A DNA stretch of 64,000 nucleotides from assembly GCA_963771355.1 (NCBI GenBank), contig CAVYTA010000006.1, forward strand, positions 832,001 through 896,000. Direction: 5' to 3'. This DNA comes from an uncultured Candidatus Rokubacteria bacterium. Lineage in GTDB: Bacteria > Methylomirabilota > Methylomirabilia > Rokubacteriales > CSP1-6. The position numbers were made by a program, and so were the translations under genes. Positions 1 to 10,092 of the stretch are shown here, one piece after another. Each line of letters opens with the position of its first letter. Position 1 is the stretch's first letter. The notes under the pieces are model-generated. The model saw only the letters and a program-made list of their open reading frames with translations, ran no database searches and was not told the origin of the DNA.

Positions 1-1545
1 CAGGCTGGTGAGGTGGTCGCGCACCGACTGGGTGCGCAGCCGCTCGCGCAGGGCCAGGTTGGCGAGCGAGAGACCCAGCTTGTCCGCCGCGGAGCCGGCC
101 ACGCGCTGCGCCTCCGAGCTGAAGGCGGGGCCGCCGGGGGCGCGCGAGAGATGGAGCACGCCCACCGCCTCGCCCTGCGCCACCAGAGGGATGCAGAGGT
201 AAGCGCCGGGCAGGGGCGGCGCGAGGTGGGCACAGACGAGCGCGTCCTCGCTCTCCTCCACCACGTGGATGCGGCCGCGGCGGAGCGCCCAGCAGTCGGC
301 GGGAGCGAAGATCGTTTCCCCTCCGGACCCGCCCTCGCCCCAGCTCACCACCGACTCCACGAGGTTGCGGGAGGAATTGATCACGTGCAGCGCGCCCGCG
401 CCGCGGGGGAAGAGCGCCTCCAGCGAGCGGCGTACCACGCTGTACACCTCGGGCAGGGTGAGGCAGGCGTCCAGCAGGTCGCCCATCTCCTTGAGCTGCT
501 GCTCGGTCTGGAGCAGCTGGACTAGGCGGTCGGACGCTTGCTTGCGGTCGGTGATGTCGATGATGGTGCCCTCGAAGTGCGGGTCGGCGGTGTCCGCCAT
601 GTAGACCGCGCTCATGAGGGCCCAGACCGCCTCGCCGTTCCGCCGCTTGAGCGGCACCTCCACGTCGGTGATGGCCTCGCCGGTCAAGAGCCGCTGGAGG
701 ATCCGTGTCATCGCCTCCCGGTCGGTGTGCAGATCAGCCGCGTTGCGGCCGCGCGCGTCCTCGACATTGCGATAGCCCAGCATGCGTGAGAAGGCGGGAT
801 TGCACTCCAGCAGCACGCCTTCGCGATTGGTGCGGAAGATGCCGGACTGGCTCCGGTCGAAGAGAAGGCGGTAGCGCTCCTCGGCGGCCTTGAGCTCGGA
901 CTCGGCGGCACGGCGGCGACTCAGGTCCATGCGGATGAGGAGCCCGGCGAACCCGATGAGGGCAATGGCGGAGAAGCAGCCCAATCCCACGATGAGGAGC
1001 GCGTTGCGCCGACTCGTCACTGCGCTGTCCGCCCGGTCGACGAGGAGACGATGCTCTTCCGCCTTCATGCGCAGGATCAGGGTGCGGATCTCGTCCATGG
1101 TCGACTGTCCCTGCTCGAGGAGCGCCTGCACGTCCAGACCGCCCTGATTGTCGCGCTCCCGCTCGGTGATGCTCTGGGCCACCAGGGCCAGCTTGCGCGC
1201 GATGAGGGGCTCGAGGAGGTCCAGCCGCTGTCGCTGGGCCGGGTTGTCGTCGGTGAGCCGGCGCGCCCGTGCGATCTCCTGACGCAAGGTGTCGCGCGCG
1301 ACCCGATAGGGCTCGAGGTAGTGGTCGGCCCCGGAGATGAGGAAGCCGCGCTCGCCGGTCTCCACGTCGATGATGCGCGCCAGGATGCTCTCCAGCGTCT
1401 GGAGGGTCTCGTGGGTCTCCTCCACGCGCTGCGCGTTCTGGCTGAGGTCGCCGAGACTCTTGAAGGAGGCGCCCGCGATGAGGACGAGCAGGGCCAGCGC
1501 GATGGAGAAGCCGATGGCGATCTTGTGGCCGAGGGTGAAGTTCAT
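1..1545 (-). CDS. CHASE3-PAS-GAF sensor, probable diguanylate cyclase (GGDEF part runs off the left edge)
   Basis: Not in the ORF track; translated by hand from ATG 1545. MNFTLGHKIAIGFSIALALLVLIAG (TM), DVETGERGFLISG..YLEPY (CHASE3), second TM, EERYRLLFDRS..CNPAFSRMLGY (PAS), CWALRRGR..LCIPLVAQGEAVGVLHL (GAF), ending LRTQSVRDHLTSL, the D.LT.L motif that opens GGDEF domains. Confidence 0.85.
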   Translation of the reverse strand, partial: MNFTLGHKIAIGFSIALALLVLIAGASFKSLGDLSQNAQRVEETHETLQTLESILARIIDVETGERGFLISGADHYLEPYRVARDTLRQEIARARRLTDDNPAQRQRLDLLEPLIARKLALVAQSITERERDNQGGLDVQALLEQGQSTMDEIRTLILRMKAEEHRLLVDRADSAVTSRRNALLIVGLGCFSAIALIGFAGLLIRMDLSRRRAAESELKAAEERYRLLFDRSQSGIFRTNREGVLLECNPAFSRMLGYRNVEDARGRNAADLHTDREAMTRILQRLLTGEAITDVEVPLKRRNGEAVWALMSAVYMADTADPHFEGTIIDITDRKQASDRLVQLLQTEQQLKEMGDLLDACLTLPEVYSVVRRSLEALFPRGAGALHVINSSRNLVESVVSWGEGGSGGETIFAPADCWALRRGRIHVVEESEDALVCAHLAPPLPGAYLCIPLVAQGEAVGVLHLSRAPGGPAFSSEAQRVAGSAADKLGLSLANLALRERLRTQSVRDHLTSL

Positions 1546-2108
1546 GCCCGGGCCCTCGCCGCGGCGACGCGGGCGAGATGGCCCGCGCGGCTCTGCGCAT
1601 AGCACACCGCGAGGATGCCCGCGACCACCACCGGCCCTTCGTGGACCAGCCCGATCTTCTCCATCACCGCCCGCGAGCCGTGATTGTCCGGCCGCGCCAC
1701 CGCCACCACGCGGTCCAGGCCCAGCGCCTCGAAGCCGTGGCCCAGCGCCCGAGCCGCCGCTTCCGAGGCGAAGCCGCGGCCCCAGTACCGCTGCTCGAGG
1801 GCGTACAGGACCTCGACATCGAGCGGCGTGCCCTCGGGCCCGAGCTGGAGCGGGTTGAGCCCGCACTGGCCCATGACTTCGCCGGTGCGCCGGTCGGTGA
1901 TCGCCCAGATGCCCCAGCCGTGCGCCGTCCAGTGCTCGGCGAACCGCTGGAGCGAGCGCGAGGACCGGGCGCGGGCGGCCTCCCCATACCAGGGGCCATC
2001 GCCGAGCCAGCGCGTGACCTCGGGGTCGCCGTAGAGCCGGGCATGCGCCTCGGCGTCTCCCACGCCGAAGGGCCGTAGCACGAGGCGGTCGGTGGCGAGC
2101 GTGGTCAC
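1542..2108 (-). CDS. GNAT (RimJ/RimL-type) N-acetyltransferase
   Basis: TTLATDRLVLRPF, YWGRGFASEAA, NHGSRAVMEKIG motifs; GTG 2108 overlaps the upstream stop. Confidence 0.85.
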   Translation of the reverse strand: MTTLATDRLVLRPFGVGDAEAHARLYGDPEVTRWLGDGPWYGEAARARSSRSLQRFAEHWTAHGWGIWAITDRRTGEVMGQCGLNPLQLGPEGTPLDVEVLYALEQRYWGRGFASEAAARALGHGFEALGLDRVVAVARPDNHGSRAVMEKIGLVHEGPVVVAGILAVCYAQSRAGHLARVAAARARA

Positions 2109-2788
2109 CCGGTGGCCGGCCTCGCCGCGGCGCCCACGCGCCAGCCGAGATAGGACACGCCGAGGACGAGCGCGCCCAGCACCACCGAGGTCCCCACGGA
2201 AGAGAGATCCGCCATCCACTTCAGCGTGCCGCTCGAGAGCCCCACGAAGGCGAGGCCCACCACGGGGAGAACGGGAGCGCCGCAGCCCATCACCGTGCAC
2301 GCGCTGGTGGAGAGCCCGAGCACGCCCGACAGCGCCCCGAGCACGCCGCCGCTCGCCCCGGCGCGACGGAGGACAGGGGAGCGCTCCGCGCTCTCCCGGC
2401 GGTAGCTCCAGAGGGCGAAATAAGTGGCCACGATGAGGGCCAGCACCCCGAAGCGGACGAGATCGCCCGTCGTCACCGCGAAGCCCCACTCCACTCCGAA
2501 CGTCCCGTCGGCGGAGAACCAGAAGAGGGCGATGTCCCAGAGTCTCCAGAGCTTGTCGACGAGCGGCGGCTGCGGCGCCGCGAAGTAGTCGGGGAGCCGC
2601 TTGAGCCAGGGATTGAAGGTGAAGAAGTCCACCGGCTTGCGGGCCAGCGACAGGACCAGGGGCGGCACCAGGATGTCGAGGAGGAAGACGCCCAGGGCCA
2701 CGGCGACGAAGAGACGCCGGCGCGCGCCCACCGCGGTGAGCACTCCGCGAAGCGCCGTGCTGAAGGGTCGCGATACCCGTTCCACCAT
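2105..2788 (-). CDS. uncharacterised multi-pass membrane protein with SACTVMGCGAP motif
   Basis: 227-aa ORF with several hydrophobic segments; TATAAT on the minus strand at 2835-2830. Confidence 0.7.
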   Translation of the reverse strand: MVERVSRPFSTALRGVLTAVGARRRLFVAVALGVFLLDILVPPLVLSLARKPVDFFTFNPWLKRLPDYFAAPQPPLVDKLWRLWDIALFWFSADGTFGVEWGFAVTTGDLVRFGVLALIVATYFALWSYRRESAERSPVLRRAGASGGVLGALSGVLGLSTSACTVMGCGAPVLPVVGLAFVGLSSGTLKWMADLSSVGTSVVLGALVLGVSYLGWRVGAAARPATG

Positions 2789-2905
2789 CGGCGATCCCGA
2801 TCCCGGGGCTCCTCTCCGCTACGAGCCTGATTATAAAGGGGCTGTGGGAGCAACGCCCAGGGAATTGGGACTGACGCGTCGCGGTACCCCCCAACCGCAT
2901 ACAAC

Positions 2906-2935
2906 TTGACACCATAGGCGGCGCTCGCGTATACG
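2906..2935 (+). promoter_or_regulatory. possible sigma70 promoter of the ABC importer operon
   Basis: TTGACA 2906-2911, 18 nt spacer, TATACG 2930-2935; SD AAGGAGG before ATG 2984. Confidence 0.45.
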
Positions 2936-2983
2936 GCCCTTGATCCCGTCAGGTGATTCCGGCCCTCAACGAAGGAGGAACTC

Positions 2984-4378
2984 ATGGCTCCTGAAGTCAA
3001 TCGGCGCGATTTCCTGGCCCAGCTGGGCATCACCGTCGGCACCGCCGCAGCCGGGGTCAGCGCGACCGCCGCCGCGGTGGGCGCGATCCCGGTGCCGCTC
3101 CTCGGCGTTCGGGCCGCCCATGCCCAGACGGTCAAGGGCACCGTCCCGGACACGCCGTACAAGGTCGGCCACATGACCTTCTTCACCGGCGCCGGCGCGG
3201 TGCTGGGGGAGCCCTCTTACAAGGGGCATCTTCTCGCCGCCGAGGAGATCAACGCGCAGGGCGGTCTCCTCGGCAAGCGGAAGATCGAGACGCTCAAGGC
3301 CGACGAGAACGCCGGCACCGACGCCAACGTGAAGGAGATGCGTCGGATGAAGCTCTCCGAGAAGGTGGACCTCTTCACCGGGGTCATCTCCAGCGGCAAT
3401 ACGCCCGCGCTGGGGCCCGTCGCCGAGGAGCTCAAGCTGCTCACGATCTTCGTGGACGGCTGCACCGACTTCCTCTTCGACAAGGCGGTGCCGAACCCGC
3501 ACTACATCTTCCGCATCACCAACATGCAGTCGGCGGACGGTGTGACCTGCGCCATCGCCACCGCGATGACGTGGCCCAAGGTCAAGCGCATCGCGCACAT
3601 CCACCCCGACTACTCCTACGGCCGCAACGCCTTCGACCACTTCAACATCGTGATGAAGAAGATGGTGCCCGGGGCCCAGGTGGTGTCGGAGGGCTGGCCC
3701 AAGCTCGGGACCACCGACTTCACCTCCCACATCACCAAGACCATCGCCGCCAAGCCGGACCTCCTGGTGTCCTCGGTGTGGGGCGGCGACTACGTCGCGA
3801 TGTACAAGCAGGCCCTCCGCTACGACCTCTTCAAGAAGATGAAGTTCGCCAGCACCATCGCCTTCGGGGTGGCCCCGCACGCCATCGGCAAGGATCATCC
3901 GGAAGGCGCCATCGCGGGTGTCCACTCCAACTACTACTTCAACTACCCGCCCAACGGCCGCTGGCCGTACAACGACACCTTCGTGAAGAAGTACTACGAG
4001 CGCTGGAAGGAGTATCCGAACTTCCAGTCCGAGGGCGCCTACACCACGCTGTACATGCTCAAGACCGCGGTGGAGCGCGCCAACAAGCTGGCCGGCGGCT
4101 GGCCCGACGACGACGCGATCATCGGCCAGCTGGAAGGGCTGATGCATCCCGGCCCGGCGGGCTACCTCTATATCCGGCCGGACAACCACCAGGGTTACAA
4201 GGACGCGATGACCGGGTTCAGCATCAACCATCCGGACTATCCGTTCCAGATCCTCGATCCCAACCGGATCATCACCATTCCCATCCGCAATATCACGGCG
4301 CCTCCAGGCTGGCCCAAGGGCGAGCCCACCTCGACCTATACCTGGATCGACAAGACCTGGCCCCAGGTCAAGGTCTAG
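2984..4378 (+). CDS. branched-chain amino acid-type (LivJ/K-like) ABC substrate-binding protein, Tat-exported
   Basis: NRRDFL twin-arginine signal; EEINAQGGLLG, DYSYGR and TTDFTSHI motifs. Confidence 0.9.
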   Translation: MAPEVNRRDFLAQLGITVGTAAAGVSATAAAVGAIPVPLLGVRAAHAQTVKGTVPDTPYKVGHMTFFTGAGAVLGEPSYKGHLLAAEEINAQGGLLGKRKIETLKADENAGTDANVKEMRRMKLSEKVDLFTGVISSGNTPALGPVAEELKLLTIFVDGCTDFLFDKAVPNPHYIFRITNMQSADGVTCAIATAMTWPKVKRIAHIHPDYSYGRNAFDHFNIVMKKMVPGAQVVSEGWPKLGTTDFTSHITKTIAAKPDLLVSSVWGGDYVAMYKQALRYDLFKKMKFASTIAFGVAPHAIGKDHPEGAIAGVHSNYYFNYPPNGRWPYNDTFVKKYYERWKEYPNFQSEGAYTTLYMLKTAVERANKLAGGWPDDDAIIGQLEGLMHPGPAGYLYIRPDNHQGYKDAMTGFSINHPDYPFQILDPNRIITIPIRNITAPPGWPKGEPTSTYTWIDKTWPQVKV

Positions 4379-4448
4379 GGCCACACTGGAGTTCGGGAGG
4401 CGGCGGGTGCCGGTGCCCGCCGCCTCCCCGGTCCCGCCGCTCCCACCC

Positions 4449-6734
4449 ATGCGTTCCGTGAGCCGCCGGCTTCCCCCGCTGCTCGGCGCCCTCGCTCTCC
4501 TCCTCAGCGTGCCCGCCGAGGCGGGCCACGAGCTGCCCTTCTATCCCTCGTTCTACCCGCAGGAGATCCGCATCGAGGCGCTGGAGCCGGGCCTCGCCGC
4601 CGCCCAGCTCCGGTCGGGCACGCTCCACGCCTATCTCGGCGCGGATCCGTTCGGGGGCGGCCGACTGCCCGCCAACGTCGGCGCCGTCGAGTCGCTGGGC
4701 ACCTCCGTCGTCATCACCGTGAACCCGGCCGCGCCGGAGGGCCGCACCCGCGAGAGCCGCTGCGAGACACTGCACCGCGCCGCTCGCGCGCTGGGCGCTG
4801 CCCCGGGTTTCGTGGCGCACCCGTATCCGATCACACCCTTCCACCGCGACTTTCTCGAGCACTTCGACCTCATCCAGGCGCATCGCGCGGAGGTGACCGG
4901 CGTCAGGGAGGTCCCGGGCGCTCCCCTCCGCTTGCGGGCCAAGGGAGCCCTGGCGCGACGGCTCGTCGGCGCGCGTGCGGTCCCGGACGGCGGATCGTGG
5001 GACGCACTCGTGGAGGAGATCGAGCCCGCGGAGACGCCGGCCTGGAACGGGTGGCTGGCGCCCCCGTGGCTCAAGTCGGGCTGGGCGCACGCGCATCGAC
5101 TGCTGGCGCCGGCCCTGACGGACGCCGCCGCGCGCAAGGAAGCCGATCTCCTGTTCCAGCGCCTCGCCGCGGGCGCGCCCGCGGACCGCGGGGAGGCAGT
5201 GGAGGCCGGCCGGCGGCTGGTGGCGCGGCTCCTCGCCGAGTGCGCGCGCATGCCCGCCGGCTACGCGGTACGGCGCGAGGCCTACAGCGCGGAGTTCTCG
5301 GCGGGCATCGAGAACGTGGCGCACGACTCCCAGGCCGGGCTCGCCTCGCACATCTTCGTGCGAACGGCCAAGCTCAAGGATTTTCCGTGGAATGGGTGGT
5401 TGCGGGTAGGCCTGGCCGGCCGCGCGCAGGCGGCGTGGAATCCGCTGGGCGGCTTCACTGATCCGGCTGGGCGCCTGCTCTGGGCCGCGCTGGGCGACCC
5501 CGCGCTGCTGCCGGCCCCCGCGGGAGAGGGCTGGATCGGCAACCGGGTCACCATGCCGCCGGGGGCGGTGGAGACGGCCGCGGCGATCCCGGTGCCCGAG
5601 GACGCGCTGGCGCCCGAACCGGGCACGGGACTGCTCCGTGAGACCGGGAAGGGTCGGACCGCACGCACGCGCGTGACCTATCGCGTCTGGACCTCCGCCT
5701 TCCACGATAACTCGCGCATGACCCCGGCGGACATCGCGTACGCCTACAGCGTGGCGGCGCGCTGGGGCGGGAGCCGGCCCGGCGCCGGCGGGGACCACGA
5801 TGCCGGCGTGGAGGCCGCCACCGAATTCGCGCGTGGAGAGCTGATCGGCTTCCGCGTGCTGCGCGTGGAGACCGAGGTGCGCAAGTACAGCGACGTGACG
5901 TTCACCTATATCGTGCCGGTGGTGGAGGTGTACCTGGCCACGGCGGCCGGCGACGGCGAGTCCCTGGCCGCCTACGCGCCGCCGTGGAGCGCCGCGCCCT
6001 GGCCCCTCCTGGCCCTCATGGAGGAGGCGGCCCGGCGGGGCGTGGGCGCCTTCTCTGCCGCAGAGGCCAGGCGGCGCGGCATCCGCTGGCTGGATCTCGC
6101 TCGCGACCCGCGGGTCCGCGCCCAGCTGGACGCCATCGCCGCCGAGCTCGGCGGGCAGGGGCATGTCCCCCCCGCGCTGAAGCGCCTCGTGAATGCCGAC
6201 GAGGCGCAGACTCGCTGGGCTTCTCTGCGCGCCTTCGCGCAGAAGCGGGGCCACTTCCTCGTCACCAACGGGCCCTATCAGCTCGACAAGTGGACGGAGA
6301 CAGCGGTGGTCCTCTCGGTCTTCCGCGACTTCAGCTATCCGCTGGGCGTGGGGAGCTTCGACCGGTTCGCCATCCCACGCCGCGCCTACGCCACCCGCGT
6401 CCTTGCGCTGGCGGATCGCCTGGAAATTCAGGCGGACGTCGAGCGAGTGGAGAAGTTCCTCCGCGACTGGCGCCGGATACGCGAGCCCCTGGCCCCGCTG
6501 CCGGCGAGCGGCGACCGGCCGGAGATTCCCGTCTGCCGCTACGTCGTCATCGGGGCCGGGGGCGAGGTGGTGGCGGCCGGTTCCACCTCGGAGGTCGTGA
6601 ACAGCCGGCTGGTCATTCGGCCCGGCCGGCTCAAGCCGGGGGCGTACACGGTGCTGCTCGCGCTGGCGCTCGGCGACAACTGGGTGAATCCCGAGGTGAT
6701 GGTGACGAAGTATCGAGTTGACCCCGGCCCCTGA
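4449..6734 (+). CDS. large exported hypothetical protein, possibly a divergent solute-binding-like protein
   Basis: Long ORF with a signal peptide (LLGALALLLSVPAEA); segments FHDNSRMTPADIAY and NGPYQLDKW resemble family-5 binding proteins; start uncertain (4407 or 4449). Confidence 0.7.
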   Translation: MRSVSRRLPPLLGALALLLSVPAEAGHELPFYPSFYPQEIRIEALEPGLAAAQLRSGTLHAYLGADPFGGGRLPANVGAVESLGTSVVITVNPAAPEGRTRESRCETLHRAARALGAAPGFVAHPYPITPFHRDFLEHFDLIQAHRAEVTGVREVPGAPLRLRAKGALARRLVGARAVPDGGSWDALVEEIEPAETPAWNGWLAPPWLKSGWAHAHRLLAPALTDAAARKEADLLFQRLAAGAPADRGEAVEAGRRLVARLLAECARMPAGYAVRREAYSAEFSAGIENVAHDSQAGLASHIFVRTAKLKDFPWNGWLRVGLAGRAQAAWNPLGGFTDPAGRLLWAALGDPALLPAPAGEGWIGNRVTMPPGAVETAAAIPVPEDALAPEPGTGLLRETGKGRTARTRVTYRVWTSAFHDNSRMTPADIAYAYSVAARWGGSRPGAGGDHDAGVEAATEFARGELIGFRVLRVETEVRKYSDVTFTYIVPVVEVYLATAAGDGESLAAYAPPWSAAPWPLLALMEEAARRGVGAFSAAEARRRGIRWLDLARDPRVRAQLDAIAAELGGQGHVPPALKRLVNADEAQTRWASLRAFAQKRGHFLVTNGPYQLDKWTETAVVLSVFRDFSYPLGVGSFDRFAIPRRAYATRVLALADRLEIQADVERVEKFLRDWRRIREPLAPLPASGDRPEIPVCRYVVIGAGGEVVAAGSTSEVVNSRLVIRPGRLKPGAYTVLLALALGDNWVNPEVMVTKYRVDPGP

Positions 6735-6756
6735 GCCCAGGCAGAGTATCGGCCCA

Positions 6757-7632
6757 ATGGATACCCTGGTGATCCACGCGCTGAACGCGTTGCTCTACGC
6801 GTCGGTGATGTTCCTCATCGCGGGCGGGCTCTCTCTCATCTACGGCGTCATGCGCATCGTCAATCTCGCCCACGGCAACCTCTACGCCTTCGGCGCCTAC
6901 GTGGCCGCGTGGGCGGCGGGCCTCGTCATCGCCCATCTGTCCACCGGTCTCGGCTACCTGGCTCTCGCCGCGGGCGCGGTGGCGGCGGCGGGACTGGGCG
7001 CCGTGCTCGAGCCCACCCTGCTGCGGCCGCTGTACCGTCGCGCGGAAGAGTACCAGCTGCTCATCACCTTCGGCCTCCTCCTCATCCTCGAGGACCTCAT
7101 GCGCCTCATCTGGGGGCCGTATCCGCTCTCGGTGAGCGCGCTCTACGAGGCCATGGGCAGCCTGACGGTGGGCGAATCCATCTATCCCACCTACAATCTC
7201 GCCGTCATCGCGGTGGGCGGGATTGCCGCCGCCGGGCTCTGGGCCTTCGTCTACCGCACGCAGTTCGGCGTGGTGCTTCGCGCCACCTCCCAGAACATGC
7301 GCATGGCCTCCGCGCTGGGCGTCGACGTCAACCGGGTCTACGTGCAGGCCTTCACGCTCGGCTGCTTCATGGCCGGGCTCGCCGGGGCCATCGTGGTACC
7401 TCAGCAGGGCGCGGTGCTCGGCATGGGGGTGGACGCGCTCATCCTCGCCTTCGTGGTGGTGGTGATCGGCGGGCTGGGCAGCCTCGAGGGCGCGCTGGTG
7501 GGCGCCCTCCTCGTGGGCGTGGTGCGCGAGGCGGGCATCACCTTCTTCCCGGAGATCGAGCTCGCCGTGCTCTATCTCATGGCCGCGGTGGTGCTGCTCG
7601 TCCGCCCCGCGGGACTCTTCGGGCGCGCATGA
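6757..7632 (+). CDS. livH: branched-chain amino acid ABC permease
   Basis: GLSLIYGVMRIVNLAHG and FVVVVIGGLGS motifs. Confidence 0.9.
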   Translation: MDTLVIHALNALLYASVMFLIAGGLSLIYGVMRIVNLAHGNLYAFGAYVAAWAAGLVIAHLSTGLGYLALAAGAVAAAGLGAVLEPTLLRPLYRRAEEYQLLITFGLLLILEDLMRLIWGPYPLSVSALYEAMGSLTVGESIYPTYNLAVIAVGGIAAAGLWAFVYRTQFGVVLRATSQNMRMASALGVDVNRVYVQAFTLGCFMAGLAGAIVVPQQGAVLGMGVDALILAFVVVVIGGLGSLEGALVGALLVGVVREAGITFFPEIELAVLYLMAAVVLLVRPAGLFGRA

Positions 7633-8621
7633 GTCCCCTCGGCGCCCGGCCCCGCCGCCTGCTCGCCGTCGGCCTTCCCGCGGTCGCGCTCCTCATCGCC
7701 CTGCCCTTCCTGGCACCGCCCTACCAGACCGTGCTGCTCTCGTACGGGCTCGTCTTCGCGATCGCCGCGCTGGGCTTCAACCTCCTGCTGGGCTATACCG
7801 GTCTCCTGTCGTTCGGCCACTGCGCCTACTTCGGGGTCGGGGCCTATGCGGTGGCCCTGATGGTGAAGTACTTCAAGTGGTCCTCCATGGAGCTCTTCGT
7901 CGTGGGCGGAGTGCTCGCCTCCGCCTTCGTGTCCCTGGTGTTCGGCTTCCTCTGCGTCCGCTACACCCGCATCTTCTTCGGCATCCTCACCATGGCGCTC
8001 TCCCAGGTGCTGTGGAGCCTTGCCTTCAAGTTCTTCTGGGTCACCGGCGGATCCGACGGGCTGCGCGTGCCCACGCCGACCTTGCTGGGCGGCTTCGCGG
8101 CGCAGGGACCCCGCAGCGACAAGCTCGACTTCCTCTCCCACCGGTACTACTTCTACGTCCTCGCCCTCTTCGTGGTGGCGGTGGTGGTGATGTGGCTCAT
8201 CGTGCACTCGCCCTTCGGCAAGGCGCTCCAGGCCATCCGGGACAACGAGACGCGGGCCGAGTTCGTGGGCGTGCAGGTGCGGCGGTATCGCCTGGTCGCC
8301 TTCGTGGTGTCCGGGATCTATACCGGGCTCGCCGGCGCCCTCTGGGTGCCGCTCAATGGCCTGACCACCCCGGACATCCTGCACTGGACGTTCTCGGGCA
8401 AGATCGTCTTCTTCACCGTGCTGGGAGGCTTCCAGACCTTCGCCGGCCCCATCGTCGGCGCCATCGCCTACAACTACCTCGAGACCTACGCGGTGGGCCA
8501 TACCGTGTACTGGCAGCTGGTGCTGGGCGTGGTGCTGGTGGCCCTGGTGCTCGTCCTGCCCGCGGGCCTGGTGGGCAGCCTGCTGCGGTGGCTGCCGCGG
8601 TGGCGGAGGTCGACGACGTGA
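7629..8621 (+). CDS. livM: branched-chain amino acid ABC permease
   Basis: NLLLGYTGLLSFGH, TGGSDG and SPFGKALQAIRDNE motifs. Confidence 0.9.
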   Translation: MSPLGARPRRLLAVGLPAVALLIALPFLAPPYQTVLLSYGLVFAIAALGFNLLLGYTGLLSFGHCAYFGVGAYAVALMVKYFKWSSMELFVVGGVLASAFVSLVFGFLCVRYTRIFFGILTMALSQVLWSLAFKFFWVTGGSDGLRVPTPTLLGGFAAQGPRSDKLDFLSHRYYFYVLALFVVAVVVMWLIVHSPFGKALQAIRDNETRAEFVGVQVRRYRLVAFVVSGIYTGLAGALWVPLNGLTTPDILHWTFSGKIVFFTVLGGFQTFAGPIVGAIAYNYLETYAVGHTVYWQLVLGVVLVALVLVLPAGLVGSLLRWLPRWRRSTT

Positions 8622-9373
8622 GCCTGCTCGAGACCCGCCAGCTCGCCAAGTCCTTCGGGGAGACGCACGCGGTGGACCACGTGGACTTCCGCGTCACCAA
8701 GGGCGAGGTGCTCGCCCTCATCGGCTCCAACGGCGCGGGGAAGACCACGCTGGTGAATCTCATCAGCGGCCTCATCCCGCCGGACTCGGGAACCATCCAG
8801 TTCCAGGGCGCCGACATCACGCGCGCCTCCGTGCACCAGAAGATCGCGGCCGGCATCGCGCGGAGCTTCCAGCTGGTGAACCTCTTCGACCAGCTCTCCA
8901 GCCTGGACAATGTCGCCCTCGCCGTCTTCTCGCGCGAAGGCAAGACCCGCCGCCTCTTCTCCCTCGCCGACGCGGATACCGGCGTGCGGGACGAGGCCTA
9001 CGAGGTGCTGAAGCAGTTCGGCCTCGACAGCAAGACCGGGGTGCCCGCGGGCGGCCTCTCCCAGGGCGAGCGCAAGCTCCTGGATATTGCGGTGGCGTAC
9101 GCGCTGAAGCCGGCCCTCCTCTTCCTCGACGAGCCCACCAGCGGGGTGAGCACGCGGGAGAAGGCGCCCATCATGGACATCATCTCCGCCATCGTGCGCT
9201 CGGGCCATATCACCGCGGTCATCATCGAGCACGACATGGACGTGGTCTTCCGCTACTGCGAGCGCATCGTGGCCATGCACGGGGGGAAGATTCTCGCCGA
9301 CGGGAGCCCGGACGAGATCCGGGCCAACGCGGAGGTGACCGCCAACCTGCTCGGCACCCAGGAGCCCGGCTGA
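8618..9373 (+). CDS. livG: ABC ATP-binding protein
   Basis: GSNGAGKTT Walker A, LSQGE, LDEP and EHDMD motifs. Confidence 0.9.
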   Translation: MSLLETRQLAKSFGETHAVDHVDFRVTKGEVLALIGSNGAGKTTLVNLISGLIPPDSGTIQFQGADITRASVHQKIAAGIARSFQLVNLFDQLSSLDNVALAVFSREGKTRRLFSLADADTGVRDEAYEVLKQFGLDSKTGVPAGGLSQGERKLLDIAVAYALKPALLFLDEPTSGVSTREKAPIMDIISAIVRSGHITAVIIEHDMDVVFRYCERIVAMHGGKILADGSPDEIRANAEVTANLLGTQEPG

Positions 9374-10092
9374 TGCTCGAGCTCGAGGGCGTGAACACCT
9401 TCCGCGGCCCCGCCCACGTGCTCCGGGACGTCCACCTGCGCGTCGGTGACGCCGAGTCGGTGTGCCTGGTAGGGCGGAACGGCGCCGGCAAGACCACCAC
9501 CATCGACAGCATCATGGGGCTCCTGCCCATGCGCAGCGGCCGCATCCGGCTGGGCGACCAGGACGTCACGCGTCTGCCCGCCCATCGCCGGGCCCTGCTG
9601 GGGATCGGGTACTCGCCGGAGGACGCGGGCATCTTTCCGGATCTCACGGTGGCGGAGAACTTCCGTATCAGCCAGTCGCTGGCCCGGGCGGGCGGGCGCC
9701 CCGTCGGCGCCACCGGAGCGGACGGAATCGACGCGCGCGTCTTCGCGCTCTTCCCCGAGGTGCAGGGGTTCCTCCAGCGGCGCGGGCTGTTCCTCTCCGG
9801 GGGGCAGAAGAAGATGGTGGCCATCTCCCGCGCGCTGACCCTGTCCCCCTCCATCCTGCTCCTCGACGAGCCGTTCGAGGGGCTGGCGCCGGTGGTGGTG
9901 AGCCGCTTCATCGAGGCGGTCAAGCGGATCAAGGCCATGGGAATCTCGCTGCTCATCGCCGAGTCCAACCTGGCGTCCGCGTCCCGGGTGGCCGACCGCC
10001 TCTACGCGATCGACCGGGGCGAGATCATGTTCGAGGGAAGTCCTCGGGACGTCTCCGCCAACGAGGACGTGATGAAGACGCTGCGCGGCTAA
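9373..10092 (+). CDS. livF: ABC ATP-binding protein
   Basis: GRNGAGKTT, LSGGQ and LLLDEPFEGLAP motifs. Confidence 0.9.
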   Translation: MLELEGVNTFRGPAHVLRDVHLRVGDAESVCLVGRNGAGKTTTIDSIMGLLPMRSGRIRLGDQDVTRLPAHRRALLGIGYSPEDAGIFPDLTVAENFRISQSLARAGGRPVGATGADGIDARVFALFPEVQGFLQRRGLFLSGGQKKMVAISRALTLSPSILLLDEPFEGLAPVVVSRFIEAVKRIKAMGISLLIAESNLASASRVADRLYAIDRGEIMFEGSPRDVSANEDVMKTLRG

